From Malacoraja senta (taxonomy: Eukaryota), in NCBI GenBank assembly GCA_038087875.1, contig JAXLNO010005343.1:62001-126000 (forward strand): 64,000 nucleotides of DNA. Reading direction: 5' to 3'. Positions 24,561-38,235 of this stretch are shown piece after piece (positions within the stretch are counted from its first letter, which is position 1; each line of letters starts with the position of its first letter). The position numbers were made by a program, and so were the translations under genes. Below the pieces are notes generated by a model, which searched no databases, was not told the origin of the DNA, and worked only from the letters and a program-made list of their open reading frames with translations.

Positions 24561-26147
24561 CATATTTTCTCCCATAAACCCTCACCTCTTTCTCACCCGC
24601 CCCCCCCGCCACAAACACACCCTGAGCGTTGGCTGACCATGCATCTACCCCTTCCTTCCCTTCCCTCTTTACCCACAGTCTTACACAATTTTATACTTGT
24701 CAATCCTCTAGCTTTACAATTCGCAACTTTTTAATTCTTTTTGTCCCACAACTTGGTGTGTGTACACCATGTGTAAATATATTTATACCCATTGTCCAAT
24801 CATCTGCTTATCACCACCCCTCCCGCCTCTGATCACCTGTCATGCTTTCTCCTGCCCCTCCACTCATGCTACAGGGATGCATAATTCCCAGACGAGCTCA
24901 ATTACGCACACTTCGTTGGGGAAAACGCTGATGTGGCTTCCGAGCTCCCATAGCCCCGATGGTATCGCAATCTCAGTCACAGAGGGGAACGTCAGATTAT
25001 TCTTCAGGAGGGTGACATCTGGAAAAGCGTTTGGACCTGATGGCATGCCTGGTCATGTTCTCACAACCTGTGCAGACCAATCGTCTCAGAGCGATTCCCA
25101 AATATATAATTATATTTGTTTCCCGATTGTTTGACTCCATGTTAAACATTAACTTTATGTCTTAAGTGTTAAGGGTGGCGTGGTGGCGTGGCGGTAGTGC
25201 TGCTGCTTCACATCGCCAGAGCCAAGGGTTCAATCATGACTACTGCCACTGGATATACGAAGTTTGCACGATCTCCCTGTGAGAGTTATGAGCAAAAATG
25301 TGAATGAGAGGGATTTCGTAACTTTGTTTAGTGGATTAGCACAAGCAAAATCTATTGACAAAATCTAATCACGTCAATAGCACAAGCTATTGACGTGATT
25401 AGACATATCTTCCTTTTTAAGAGAAAAGGTACAGACTTGGCGAAAGATAGGAGAATTGTATCTGCAAAACAGATGAAGAACGGATGCTTCACTACTCGTG
25501 CACACAACTTTTTTTCTGACAACCATCACTGTGATGTGGTTACTTTTGCATTAAAACAGTATCAATGCGTGCAAAGAAGCAGTTATTCGCCTATCCTTTA
25601 TATCACTCATGGGGTGAATTACAACGTAATGGAAACGCTATCTGTGGTTGCTAAATGTAGTGGTTACAACAGAAATTCTACAATAAATGTTATGGGTTAA
25701 TAGCATTGGCGCAATGGAAATGTATTCGTTCAGCCCACAGTGAAAATTGTCATTGCAATGGACGTAATGATGTCTGTTTAATGGATACGTTAGGTTTGTC
25801 CAAGGGAGTATGAACGCTGACGTGGCTTCTGTGGTTATTTGAATGACATATAACTCAGTATTGCATGTCTCAAAACTTTCCGAATATGCGGTTGATTTTT
25901 TTTAACAGGTGTGAAACCATAAACACGGGAATGGGAAAGTGTTATACAAGGGACTGAAGACGCTGGTCCTAACCCCAAACCTTGTCCATCGTTTTCCTTC
26001 CACTTGTGTTATCTGCAACGCCGTGGTTTTAAGAACGCTTCTTCCTTACAGCAAAATTGATGTCTGTTTTGTTTTCCATATCTTGAACAAAATGTATGTG
26101 CCCATCCAAGATCATTAGTTTTATCCCGAGTATACCTGGAGCTTATA

Positions 26148-27130
26148 ATAGAAACATAGAAACATAGACAATAGGTGCAGGAGTATGCCATTTGGCCCTT
26201 CGAGCCCGCACCGCCATTCAATATGATCATGGCTGATCATCCAACTCAGTATCCCGTACCTGCCTTCTCTCCATACCCCCTGACCCCCTTAGCCACAAGG
26301 GCCACATCTAACTCCCTCTTAAATATAGCCAATGAACTGGCCTCAACTACCTTCGGTGGCAGAGAATTCCACAGATTCGCCACTCTCTGTGTGAAAAATG
26401 TTTTTCTCATCTCGGTCCTAAAAGACTTCCCCCTTATCCTTAAACTGTGACCCCTTGTTCTGGACTTCCCCAACATCGGGAACTATCTTCCTGTATCTAG
26501 CTTGTCCAACCCCTTAAGAATTTTGTAAGTTTCAATAAGACCCCCCCTCAATCTTCTAAATTCTAGCGAGTACAAGCCGAGTCTATCCAGTCATTCTTCA
26601 TATGAAAGTTTTGACATCCCAGAAATCAGTCTGGTGAACCTTCTCTGTATTCTCTCTATGGCAAGAATGTCTTTCCTCAGATTAGGAGACCAAAACTGTA
26701 CGCAATACTCCAGGTGTGGTCTCACCAAGACCCTGTACAACTGCAGTAGAACCTCCCTGCTCCTAACATACCATTCGCTTTCTTCACTTCCTGCTGCACC
26801 TGCATGCCTACTTTCAATGACTGGTGTACCATGACACCCAGGTCTCGTCGCATCTCCCTTTTTCCTAATCGGCCACCATTCAGATAACAGTCTACTTTCC
26901 CGTTTTTGCCACCAAAGTGGATAACCTCACATTTATCCACATTATACTGCATCTGCCATGCATTTGCCCACTCACCCAACCTATCCAAGTCACCTTGCAG
27001 CCTCCTAGCATCATCCTCACAGCTAACATTGCCCCCCAGCTTCGTGTCATCCGCAAACTTGGAGATGTTGCATTCAATTCCCTCGTTCAAATCATTGATA
27101 TATATTGTAAATAGCTGGGGTCCCAGCACC
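26148..27130 (-). mobile_element. CR1 (HER1-like) LINE 3' portion, young
   Basis: ORF 26722-27129 LGPQLFTIYINDL...KFADDTKLGG, C-terminal TRGHSLRIRG...FFTQRV, and an (atagaaac)n terminal repeat. Confidence 0.92.
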
Positions 27131-28039
27131 GATTGAACCCGGTTCTCTGGCGCAGTGAAGCAGCAACTCTACCGCTGCGCCACCGCGCTGCCTCTGTTGT
27201 TTACGATTGAAGTAAATTGTTGAGTAAACAGCTAAACATATATAGCTCTAGGTGACTGCCATAGACAACTCCTGAAATGATATCCAGATTTTAAATAGTC
27301 AGTGGACCAATTTGTGAAATAAAATAACTGTCACCATCTACCCCCACAAACACCCTACCCATAACTTTACATCTCACCCCACACGCTTAAATCGCCTGCC
27401 TGTGCACGCACGGCATACAAAAAAACGCGCGCACACTATTTAAGAGAGAATCAAGTCAAGAGAGCAACTTAAGAGTGACATGGGAGTGACCAACCAATTT
27501 TGCCTGGAATTCAATTCCTTTCCCTTTAATGAAGCCTGAAACATATGCGTCTGCAGAATATGACTGCGCATCCGCTGTTAAGATCTGGGAATCATCAATT
27601 AGCATTATTGATGGCCTCAAACTGCGCTTCAAACATTGACAGTGAGCTATCAACCTGCTATGAGACACAAGACCGCAGGTACAAAACCATGCTGACTATC
27701 CCTAATCAGCCCGTCTGTCTAAAGTGCATATATTTTAACAGTAACTAGTCTACCACATATGTCGGCCTCACGGGTTTATAGTTCCCAGGGGTGGGTGGGG
27801 GGGGCAATGACTTCATTGGAGGAAAGAAGAGGATACTTTATTGCCTTCCATCACAGTGAGGAACGTGGTGGAGCCGCTGTGGTGGATGTTTATGTTAATT
27901 TTTATGTAGTTGTGTCTTGTTGCTTTTTTTGGTATGACTGTATGGCAATTCAAATTCTCTGTATGTTGAAAAACATGTTTAGCTAATAAATTACATGAGT
28001 TACGAGTTGAGAGTTATTAGCTTCCTACTGTGTCCTCTG

Positions 28040-29810
28040 TAAAGATCTGATCAAGCCTGGGAGATTTGTCTACCTTCACACAACGTAGGACGTCCAGTAC
28101 TCCATCGACCGTAATACCGACTTTCCTCAAGATCCTTCCATTAACTGTCCCAAATTCTGAGATGCCTCCGTCTTTTTCCATAGCAAAGCCTCAGTTTCTC
28201 TCATTGTCTAAACTTCCTCACACCCAGGTGCCTTGTCTTTCACTCTAACCTGAATGTGCCTGCCCAGAACTCTTGTCATCATACTTTTTAAAGTATCCCA
28301 CTTTTCAAATGCTTCGTTCCCAGCAATTATACTAGTGCAATCAACTTAAGCTACTCCTTGACCAATACGATCAAAGTAGGCCCTGACCCAAATAGGTAAT
28401 TTAACGAGCGCGACGGCCCTATCTCTATCCTTAGCTATCTTTAAACTATCTTTAAACTAATTGAACAGCAGTCAATGGTCGCAGAAGGCTCACCCAAAGA
28501 ACGCATCAGTCACATGCTCTTCCCAATTTCTTAAGAGTAGATCAAGCTCTGCCCTCTACCATGTCGGGCCCTCTGCATGTTGCCTGAGGAAACGTTCCTG
28601 AACACATTTGACACATTCCACCCCACCTAAGCAGTCCCAGTGTATGTTTGAAAGTTAAAATCACCGACCATGATAACCTTATTAGTTTTGCAGCTGCCTG
28701 CAATGCCGGGGCATATTTGATCTTCTAATTCCTGTTAACTATTTGTGAGTCACAACAAGGTGATAATCCCCTTTTTTATGTCTCCGCTCTTCCCATATAG
28801 TCTCACTGGATGAACTATCAGTAATGTTATCTCGGACTAATGCCATGACATTCTCCTTAATCAATAAAGCAACAGCCCCTCCTCTTTTACCCCCAGACCT
28901 ATCTCTCCTGCAGCACCTGAATCCTGGAACATTAAGTTGCCAGTCCTGCCCCTCTGTTAGCCAGGTTTCCTTAATGGCTACGGCATTCCAGTCGCACAGA
29001 CCTATCCACACCCAGAGTTCATCTGACTTATCAGTAAGGCCTCTCGCATTAAAATAAGTCCAATTCAATCCAACAGTCCTTCCTCGCTCCCAACTGTAAT
29101 CCTTTCTATTCTGTCCTCTGACCTTATTTCATCACCATGCATACGCGTTCCAGCCTCTCATCTGTCTCTGTCTTGCTTCGGATCCCACCCCCTTCCAATC
29201 TAAATCAAACCCTTTAAGGGATTCCCGTTTCTCCTTAAAAGTATGCCAATAAGGTTGGACACCCCGACCTGAGAAAAAAGACTGGCAATGCAACTGATTT
29301 CCTAACCCCCCCGCCCCCTAAGGCCACCCCTCAACCTCTTGCGCTCCAAGGAAAACAGTCGCAGCCTATCGAGTCTCTCCTTAGAACGCAAGCCCTGCAT
29401 CATGGTAACATTCTTTTGAATCTTCTCTGAAAACTCTAGCTTAACTATTTCATTCCTACAGTATGTCAACCATAATTGCACAGAAAACTCCAGGTGCGGT
29501 CTCACCAACATATTGTACATCTGTAATATAGCATCCTAAACACAATGCCCTGATCAATGACGGTAAACATTCCAACAACTTCCTCACACACACTGTCACT
29601 GTGTCGCCACCTTCAGAGAGCGATGTTCTTCTACACCCTAGGTCGCTCCGCAAAATTTCCAAGATTTTGCCATTCGCAATATATATCCCTCCCTGATATA
29701 AACACATCAATTTGGAATTTTCTGAGTTACCTTCCACCGTTGATTGTATTGCGACTCTCCCAATTGATCTAGATCCTGCTGTAAACTCAGACAATCATCC
29801 TCACTGTCTA
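28040..29810 (-). mobile_element. Degraded CR1 with endonuclease and C-terminal remnants
   Basis: YFNARGL...AIKETWL...CRRDRSGGKRGGAVALLIKE (28739-29068) and LVRPHLEF (29302-29520). Confidence 0.8.
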
Positions 29811-30497
29811 CAATGCCATCAGTTATCGTGCCATTCGTAAATGTACCCTATGCCACCTACATTCTCTTCCACGACGTTCAAAAAACGGGGGAAACCAGCA
29901 CTGATCCGTGTTGCGCCAATTGTTTACTGACCAATACATTTTGAAAGTTACCATCTACTAACTTCTTCCACACGGTCAGTTTTAGAAACATAGAAACATA
30001 GAAAATAGTTGGAGGAGGAGGTCATTTGGCCCTTCAAGCCTGCACCACCATTCATTGTGATCATGGCTGATCATCCATAATCAGTAACCCGTGCCTGCCT
30101 TCTCCCCATATCCCTTGATTTCGCAAGCCCATAGAGCTTTATCTAATTCTTCAACTATCAAACGATCAACATTGGTAAATGATGCAGGTGAGCCCTTCAG
30201 CAACTATTTCCACGCAGGAACATTAAAAAATTGTTCACATCGTCTGAGATAGCACGGACAATGTGTGTGGCTAGTCACTAATGCGCAGTCTTATGTTTAG
30301 CCAACCAGAGCAGTGATAAATGAATCAATGTGTTCTTTCGCAGAAGGAAATATATTAATATAATAACATTTTTCATATTAGTAAAGGCATTTGTTTTTTT
30401 GCTATCATTTATAATGTCCATTACTGGCGGTGGTGGTGTATTTTTGGAAATATGTTGATGGATGTAATAATTAAAACAACTTGCTGATAACTTTCAG

Positions 30498-30608
30498 ACA
30501 ATTCAATTCCAATGTGATCCAAAGTTAACATATACTACTCTAAACATCACTGGTCTAGAGATATCTACTAAATCCAGATACTTTGAAGAAAGCACGATAT
30601 ATGCCCAG
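30498..30608 (+). CDS. Orphan cytoplasmic ITIM exon TIQFQCDPKLTYTTLNITGLEISTKSRYFEESTIYAQ (probably gene A)
   Basis: Acceptor gataactttcag, open 111-nt phase 0-0 frame, perfect donor CAG|gtaagt. It contains LTYTTL and ends in TIYAQ|. The Tyr-Tyr spacing of 23 aa and the YxQ| junction match gene B exon 39319-39405. Confidence 0.7.
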
Positions 30609-30696
30609 GTAAGTGTAACAAGAGCCTATTAATGGAACTTCACGAATCAAAGATGAATTCATGTTGACCAATTTTCTTTGTACGGTGTCTGTCGTT

Positions 30697-33420
30697 ACAT
30701 AGATACATAGATACATAGAAAATAGGTGCAGGAATAGGCCATTCGGCCCTTCGCGCCAGCACCGCTGTTCACTGATCATCCACAATCAGTTCTCCGTTCG
30801 TGCCTCCTCCCCATATCCCTTGATTACACGTCCTAAGAGTTCAATCCAACTCTCTTTTGAATGCATGCAGTATGCAGTGAATCGGCCCCCACTGCCTTCT
30901 GAGACAGAGCATTCCACAAATTCACAGCCCCATGGGTGAAAAAGCTTTTCCGCATCTCAGTTCAAAATGGCCTACCCCTTATTCTTAAATTGTGGCCCCT
31001 GGTTCTGGACTCCCCCCAACATCGGGAACATGTTTCTTGCATCTAGCGTGTCCAATCCGTTAATAATTGTATACGTTTCTAGACGATACCCTCTCATCCT
31101 TCTAAATTCCAGAGAATACATGCCCAGTAGCTCCATTCTTTCATCACATGGCAGTCACGCCATCTGTTAACATTGTGAACCTATGCTGCATTCCCTCAAT
31201 AGAAAGAATGTCCTTCCTCAAATTAGGAGACCGAAACTGCACACAATACTCCAGGTGTGGTCTCTCTAAGGTCCTGTACAACTGCAGAACGACCTCTTTG
31301 CTCCTATACTCAACTCCTCTCGTTATGAAGGCCAACATGCCATTAGATGTATTCACTGCCTGCTGTACCTGCATGCTTACCTATAGTGACTGATGAACAA
31401 GGACCCCCAGGTCCAGTTGTACTTCCGCTTTTCCTAACCTGACACCATTCAGATAATAATCTGCCTTCCTGTTCTTGCCACCAAAGTGGATAACCTCACA
31501 TTTATCCACATTATATTGCATTTGCCATGCTTCTGCCCACTCACCCAACCTGTCCAAGTCACCCCACGTCCTCATAGCATCCTCTTCACAGTTCGCACTG
31601 CCACCCAGACTTGTGTCATCTGCAAATTTGCTAATGTTACTTTTAATTCCTTCATCTAAGTCAATAATATATATTGTAAATAGCTGCGGTCCCAGCACCA
31701 AGCCTTGTGACTTCCCACTAGTCACTGCCTGCCATTCTAAAAGGCGCCCATTAATTCCTACTCTTTGTTTCCTGGCCGCCAACCAATTTTCTATCCATGT
31801 CAATACCCTACCCCGAATACCATGTGGTCTAATTTTGCCCACTAATCTCCTGTGTGGGACCTTATCAAAGGCATTCTGAAAGCCCAGGTACACTACATCC
31901 ACTGGCTCTTCCATGAACATTCTACTTGTTATATCCTCAAATAATTCCAGAAGATTAGTCAAGCATGATTTCCCCTTCGTAAATCCATGCTGACTTGGAA
32001 GGATCCTGTCACTGCTATCCAAATGCGCCGCTATTACGTATTTAGTAAATCGACTTCAGGATCTTCCCCACCACCGATGTCAGGCTAACGTCTATAATTC
32101 CATGATTTTTCTCTCCCTCCTTCTTAAAATGTGGGATAACATTAGCTACCCTTCAATCCACAGGATCTGACCCAGAATCTATAAAACATTGGATAATTAT
32201 CACCAATGCGTCCACAATTTCTAGAGCCACCTGCTCGGGTACCCTGGGATGCAGACCATCAGGCTCTGGGGATATATCAGCATTCAGTCCCATCAGTCTA
32301 CCCAACACCATTATCTGACTAATGTGAATTTCTTTCAGTTCCTCCATCACCGTAGGTGCTCTGTCCCCTATTGCATCCGGGAGATTGTTTGTGTCTTCCT
32401 TAGTGAAGACAGAACCAAAATATCTGTTCAACTCGTCTGCCATTTCCTTGTTCCCCATAATAAATTCACATGTTTCTGTCTTCAAGGGACCCACATTTGT
32501 CTGATATAATGTTTTCCTCTTCACATACCTAAAGATTGTTTTACTATCCTCCTTTATATTCTTGGCTAGCTTACCTTCGTACCTCATTTTTCTCCTAGTA
32601 TTGCCTTTTTAGTTACCTCCGTTGATCTTTAAAAGTTTCCCAATCCTTTGGCCTTCCGCTCATCTAAACTATGTTATACGTCTTATCTTTTATTTTTATA
32701 CTGTCCTTGACTTCCCTTGTCAAACATGGGCGCCTCTTACTCCCCTTAGAATCGTTCTTCCTCATTGGAATGAAAAGATCCTGCATTATCTGGATAATTC
32801 CCTGAAATACCTGCCATTGATGTTCCACTGTCATCCCTGCTAGGGTCCCTTTCCAGCCAACTTCGGCCAGCTCCTCCCTCATGCTTCCATAGTCCCCTTT
32901 CTTCAACTGCAATACTGACACTTCCAATTTTACCATCTCCCTCTCAAATTGCAGATTGAAACTTATCTTATTATGGTCACTACCTCGTAATGGTTCTTTT
33001 ATCTTGAGTTCCTTTATCAAATTCGGTTCATTACACAACACTAAATCCAGAATTGCCTTCTCCCTGGTTAGCTCCAGTACAAGCTGCTTTAAGAATCCAT
33101 CTCGGAGGTACTCTACAAATTCACTTTCTTGGGGTCCAGTGCCAACCTGATTTTCCCAGTCAACCTGCATGTTAAAATCTCCCATAACCACCGTAGCATT
33201 ACCTATTGTTACATGCCAATTTTAACTCCTGATGCAACTTGAACCCTATATCCAGGCTACTGTTTGGGGGCCTGTAGATAACTACCATTAGGGTATTTTT
33301 ACCCTTACAATTTCTCAGTTCTATCCACAATGTCTCTGCACCTTCTGATTCTATGTAACCCCTCGCAAGTGACTGAATGTCATTCCTTACGAACAGTGCT
33401 ACCCCACCCCCTCTGCCCAC
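30697..33420 (-). mobile_element. CR1 LINE ORF2 (endonuclease plus RT), frameshifted
   Basis: ORFs 32664-33191 (VMGDFN...ILDLVL), 32153-32587, 31381-32022 (QHGFTKGKSCLTNL...KFADDT) and 31144-31374. (atagatac)n tail at 30697-30722. Confidence 0.93.
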
Positions 33421-33444
33421 CCGTCTGTATTTTCGATAGGGACA

Positions 33445-34090
33445 TATCTTTCTATATATCTATATATTAGATCGAAACTATCATATTGACCACTTCCTAT
33501 CTGTGTTGTAATTAAATTTGCGCAAAAACGATCCCCCATAGCGCTGCGATTTTTCGGCACCTTACTCACCATTCTCCTCTGCTGCAAGACAAATAAGTTG
33601 TGTTCCGATCGGTGAAATAGCACAAAAGTTATGAAGGTTTTGAAGGTTACCCCTCCCCCACACCCTCCCCTCATCCACACCCACCCTCCCCACACCCACC
33701 CCAAACCCCCCTCTCCCACACACCCCCTCTCCCACACCCCCCTCCCCCACACACACCCCTCCCCCACCCCCATTCCCCACTCTCACCTCCCCCACACGCC
33801 CTCCCCACACACCCCTCCCCCACACCCCCCTCACACACACACCCCTCCACTACCCCACCCCCTCCACCACCACCCTCCCCAACCCCCCTCCCCAACCCCC
33901 CCCCAACCCCCTCCCACCCCCCTCCCCCACCCCCCCTCTCACACCAGCTACCTCGCCTACACACACAATCCCCCACAACCCCCCCCCCCCACCCCCACAC
34001 ACCCACCTCTACCACACACCCCCCCTCCCCCACACCGCCATTATACTCCCAATTTGTCAACCCCCACCCCGGCTACAAACAATAGATTGA
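33445..34090. repeat. Non-autonomous element (possibly Helitron-like) containing a ~420-bp C-rich low-complexity tract
   Basis: Starts tctatatatc...gaccacttcc. The tract at 33650-34070 is irregular CCCC/CACAC. The family assignment is a guess. Confidence 0.4.
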
Positions 34091-35047
34091 AATCGAAAAC
34101 ATATAGATAGAACAACCAAAATTGATTATTTTGCTCTGTCTTCGCTTCGATTATTTTGGATGGATTACATGGTCCTCGGCCAGGCTAGTATTTATTGATC
34201 ATTCCTAACAGCGATTGAGGAGATCTTAATGGCCGCATACTTGAACCTCTGCAATCTACATGCTACAATCTCGCGCTGCTCCGGGAGGCAGTCCTGAAAT
34301 GTAGACCCAATGAAGATGAAGGACTAATGATATACCATATGTCAGGGTGGTGTGTGACCTTGACAGGAACGTGCAGGTAGTAGTGTTTCCATACTGCCCT
34401 TCTAGCGTTGGAAGAAATGTGCGTAGGGCGATGGGCTGGTGCCACTGAGACGACCTTCTTTTTCCAGAATTATGCCAAGTTTCCTAAGAGTTACTGGAAC
34501 TCATTCAGACAAATATATATATTTTTTCATATACTTAACTTCTGCTTTGAAATGGAGGAAAGATTTCATGGTGTCAAATTGACTGAATTCGCGTTTATTG
34601 TCATTTGCACAAGTATGGCTAGGTACAAGTACAATGACAACCTTGCTCGCAGCAGCACCACCGGCACCAAGAATCAGGCAGCATACTACAACATGACATA
34701 CATACTTATACTTAAGTTATACGTAACTTCTGCTGGGCAATAGAAAGAATAAAGAAACGTGGCAGAAAACAAGTAATTAACGCAAAACCCACTTTTAAAA
34801 AAAATTATAGTTGTGCCATCATGTTTTATTGTTGAGGTAGAATTAGGATAGCAGGCTAACTAGGATTAAGAACCATATGGTTGTACGAAAGTGCCTGTAC
34901 CTGAACCTGGCGGCGTGGGATTTTAGGCCTCTGCGCTTCCTGCAGGATGGTAGAGGTGGGAGACGGCATCTCCCAGATGTTTGGGAGCCTGGACGATAGA
35001 TGCCACCATCTTGAGGAAATGCCTAATGTTGATGCTTTAAATGACAA

Positions 35048-35990
35048 TGGACAATAGACAATAGGTGCAGGAGTAAGCCATTAGGCCCTTCGAGCCAGCA
35101 CCGCTATTTAATGTGATCATGGCTGATCATCCCCAATCAGTACCCCGTTCCTGCTTTCTCCCCATATCCCCTGACTCCACTATCTTTAAGAGGCCTATCT
35201 AGCTCTCTCTTGAAAGTATCCAGAGAACCGGCCTCCACTGCCCTCTGAGGCAGAGAATATCACAGACTCACAACACTCTGTGCGAAGAAGTGTTTCCTCG
35301 TCTCCGTTCTAAATGGCTTACCCTTATTCTTAAACTGTGGCCCCTGGTTCTGGACTCCCCCAACACAAGGAATATGTTTCCTGCCTCTAGTGTGTCCACA
35401 CCCTTAATAATCTTATATGTTTCAATAAGATTCCCTCCCATCCTTCTAAACTCCAGAGTTTACAACCCCAGCCGCTTCATTCTCTCAGCATATGACAGTC
35501 CCGCCACCCCGGGAATTAACCTTGTAAACCTACGCTGCACTCCCTCAATAGCAAGAATGTCCTTCCTCAAATTAGGGGACCGAAACTGCACACAATACTC
35601 CAGGTGTGGTCTCACTAGGGCCCTATACAACTGATGAAGGACATCTTTGCTCCTGTACTCAACTCCTCTTGTTATGAAGGACAACATGCCATTCGCTTTC
35701 TTCTTTGCCTGCTGTACCTGCATGCTTACTTTCAGTGACTGATGAACAAGGACCCCCAGATCCCGTTGTACTTCCCCTTTTCCCAACTTGGCACAATTTA
35801 GATAATAATCTGCCTTCTTGTTTTTGCTACCAATGTGGATAACCTCACATTTATCCACATTAAACTGCATCTGCCATGCATCTGCCCACTCACCCAACCA
35901 GTCCAAGTTACCCTGCATTCTCATAGCATCCTCCTCACAGTTCACACTGCCACCCGGCTTTGTGTCATCTGCAAATTTGCTAATGTTATT
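35048..35990 (-). mobile_element. CR1 LINE 3' portion, young
   Basis: ORF 35460-35945 ...LVRPHLEYCVQFRSP...VQRRFTRLIPG, with an (atagaca)n tail. Confidence 0.92.
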
Positions 35991-37144
35991 TGAGTCCCTT
36001 CATCTAAATCATCGATGGTGAGGATGGTGGGGATGGTGGGGATGGTGAAGTACAGAGAGCTGGTTGATGACCAGTATGGATAAGATCGGCCAAATAGCAT
36101 GTTTTCTTTCTCAAAGATACACCATCTAATCTCATCTACTGAATTCCCTGACCCGACATGTGTCCCCCCTTTATATCGGTGACACCAAACCATAAAGATG
36201 AACCAATATAGCAAACACCCTACATGATAGAACAACAGTTATGGCCGGATTCAAAACAGGTTGTTAATTGTTCAGCTGCATATCAAAATGACAAAATAAA
36301 GTTAAATAATTCTACTGGACCGATTGGATATTTTGTTTGCAGACAGGTGCTGTGTGGCCTGCGGAGTTCCCCCGCCATTTCGTTTTTTGCTCAAGGTTTC
36401 AGCACGTGCAGTTTCTTGTGTCTCCATTGTGTGAAGATCTTTTTGTTTCCGCCTGTATAATTGTGAATCTGTAATACTGCCTCTTTGCTTGCCATTCATT
36501 GAGTACATCTATTTTTCCAACTAAAGTTTGGCAGTTATAGAAGGAACTTAAAGACCCACCCCGAATGCCTCTTGGAATATGACAGCAGCTTGGAACAGGA
36601 CGCTTTAACGGATGAGTGGAAAGATAACAGGTCAACATAGATCTAAAGAGGCAATTTAATTCCGAATTCATTAACTTAGTAGTTTAGTGGTAACTCAATT
36701 TCGTCGACGCAATGAACAGTAGGGCTAACGTACAACTGGGACTATTTAACGGCTTTGTCTGGCTTTAGCTGATTTACCTTTGGCGAGTGCATGACTATGT
36801 TTAAAGGGATAAGGAGAGTGCAGCAGCCTTTCGGTAGACATTCACCAAACATAACCTCTGTTATAAATACGTTAAGAGTGATAAGTTTATTCGGAGTGCA
36901 ACGTTTAGTTTATTTTAATTTCGTTTATTGTCACGTACATCTTTTCTGTCGCGTGCTATTCAATTAGCGGAAAGACTTACATGATTACAATCAAGCCGCC
37001 CACAGTGTACAGATACAGGATAAGGGGAGTAAAGTTTAGTGCAAGTCCAGTACAGTCCGATTAAAGATAGTCCGAGGGTCACCAATGAGGTAGACGATTG
37101 CACAGGACCGCTCGCTAGTTGGTGATAGGATCGTCTAGTTGCCT

Positions 37145-38235
37145 CATAGAGTCATAGAGAGTCATAGAGTGATACAGTGTGGAAACAGGCCCTTCGGCCC
37201 AACTTGCCCATGCCGGCCAACATGTCCCACCTACACAAGTCCCATCTGCCTGCGCTTGGTCCATATCCACCCACCCCCCCAAACTGTTCAATCCATGCAC
37301 CTGTCTAACTGTATCTTAAAAGATGGGATAGCCCCAACCTCAACTACTTCCTCTGGCAGCTTGTTCCATACACCCACCATCTTTTGTGTGAAAAAGTTAT
37401 AACTCGGATTCCTATTAAATCTTTTCCCCTTCACCTTGAACCTATGTACTCTGGTCCTCGATTCCACTACTCTGGGCAAGAGACTGTGTGCATCTACCCG
37501 ATCTATTCCTCTCATGATTTTGTACACCTCTATAAGATCACCCCTCACCCTCCTGCACTCCAAGGAATAGAGACCCAGCCTACTCAACCTCTCCCTATTG
37601 CTCACGCCCTCTAGTCCTGGCAATATCCTCGGAAATCTTTTCTGAACCCTTTCAAGCTGGACAATATATTTCCTATAACATGGTGCCCAGAAATGAACAA
37701 AATATTCTAAATGCCGTCTCACGAACGTGTTATACAACTATAACATGACCTCCCAACTTGAAGAAGGGTCTTGACTCGAAATGTCGCCCATTCCTTCTCT
37801 CCAGAGATACTGCCTGTCCCGTTGAGTTACTCCAGCTTTTCGTTTCTCTCTTCGGTTTCAACCAGTATCTGCAGCTCCTTTTTTACACACCTCTCTATAC
37901 TCAATACTCAGACTGATGAAGGCCAAAGTGCGAAAAGCTTATTTGACCACCTTATCTACATGCGACTCGACTTTCAAGGAACCATGCACCAGCACTCCTA
38001 GATCCATCTGCTCTACAACACTCCCCAGAGGTCAACCATTTACTGTGAGGTCCTGCCCTTGTTAGACGTCCCAAAATGCAACACCTCACACTTCTCCGTA
38101 TTCAATTCCAACAACCATTCCTCAGCCCACATGGTCATTCGATCCCGATCCTGCTGCAGTCTTTCACAACCATCTTTACTATCTGCAAAAGCACTCACCT
38201 TTGTATCATCAGCAAATTTGCTAATCATGCCCTGT
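37145..38235 (-). mobile_element. CR1 fragments of a second subfamily with an inserted PLE terminal repeat (~37760-37880)
   Basis: ORF 37288-37737 RRHLEYFVHFWAP...GDLIEVYKI and 38040-38282 ISKFADDTKV. Confidence 0.85.

Noticed and set aside
33399-34110. Pro/His-rich and Gly/Val-rich ORFs
   Set aside because: Translation artefacts of a C-rich low-complexity tract.
36117-36182. IHHLISSTEFPDPTCVPPLYR* as the terminal exon after TIYAQ| (would give TIYAQI)
   Set aside because: The acceptor and phase fit, but there is no similarity to the gene B last exon. Insufficient support.
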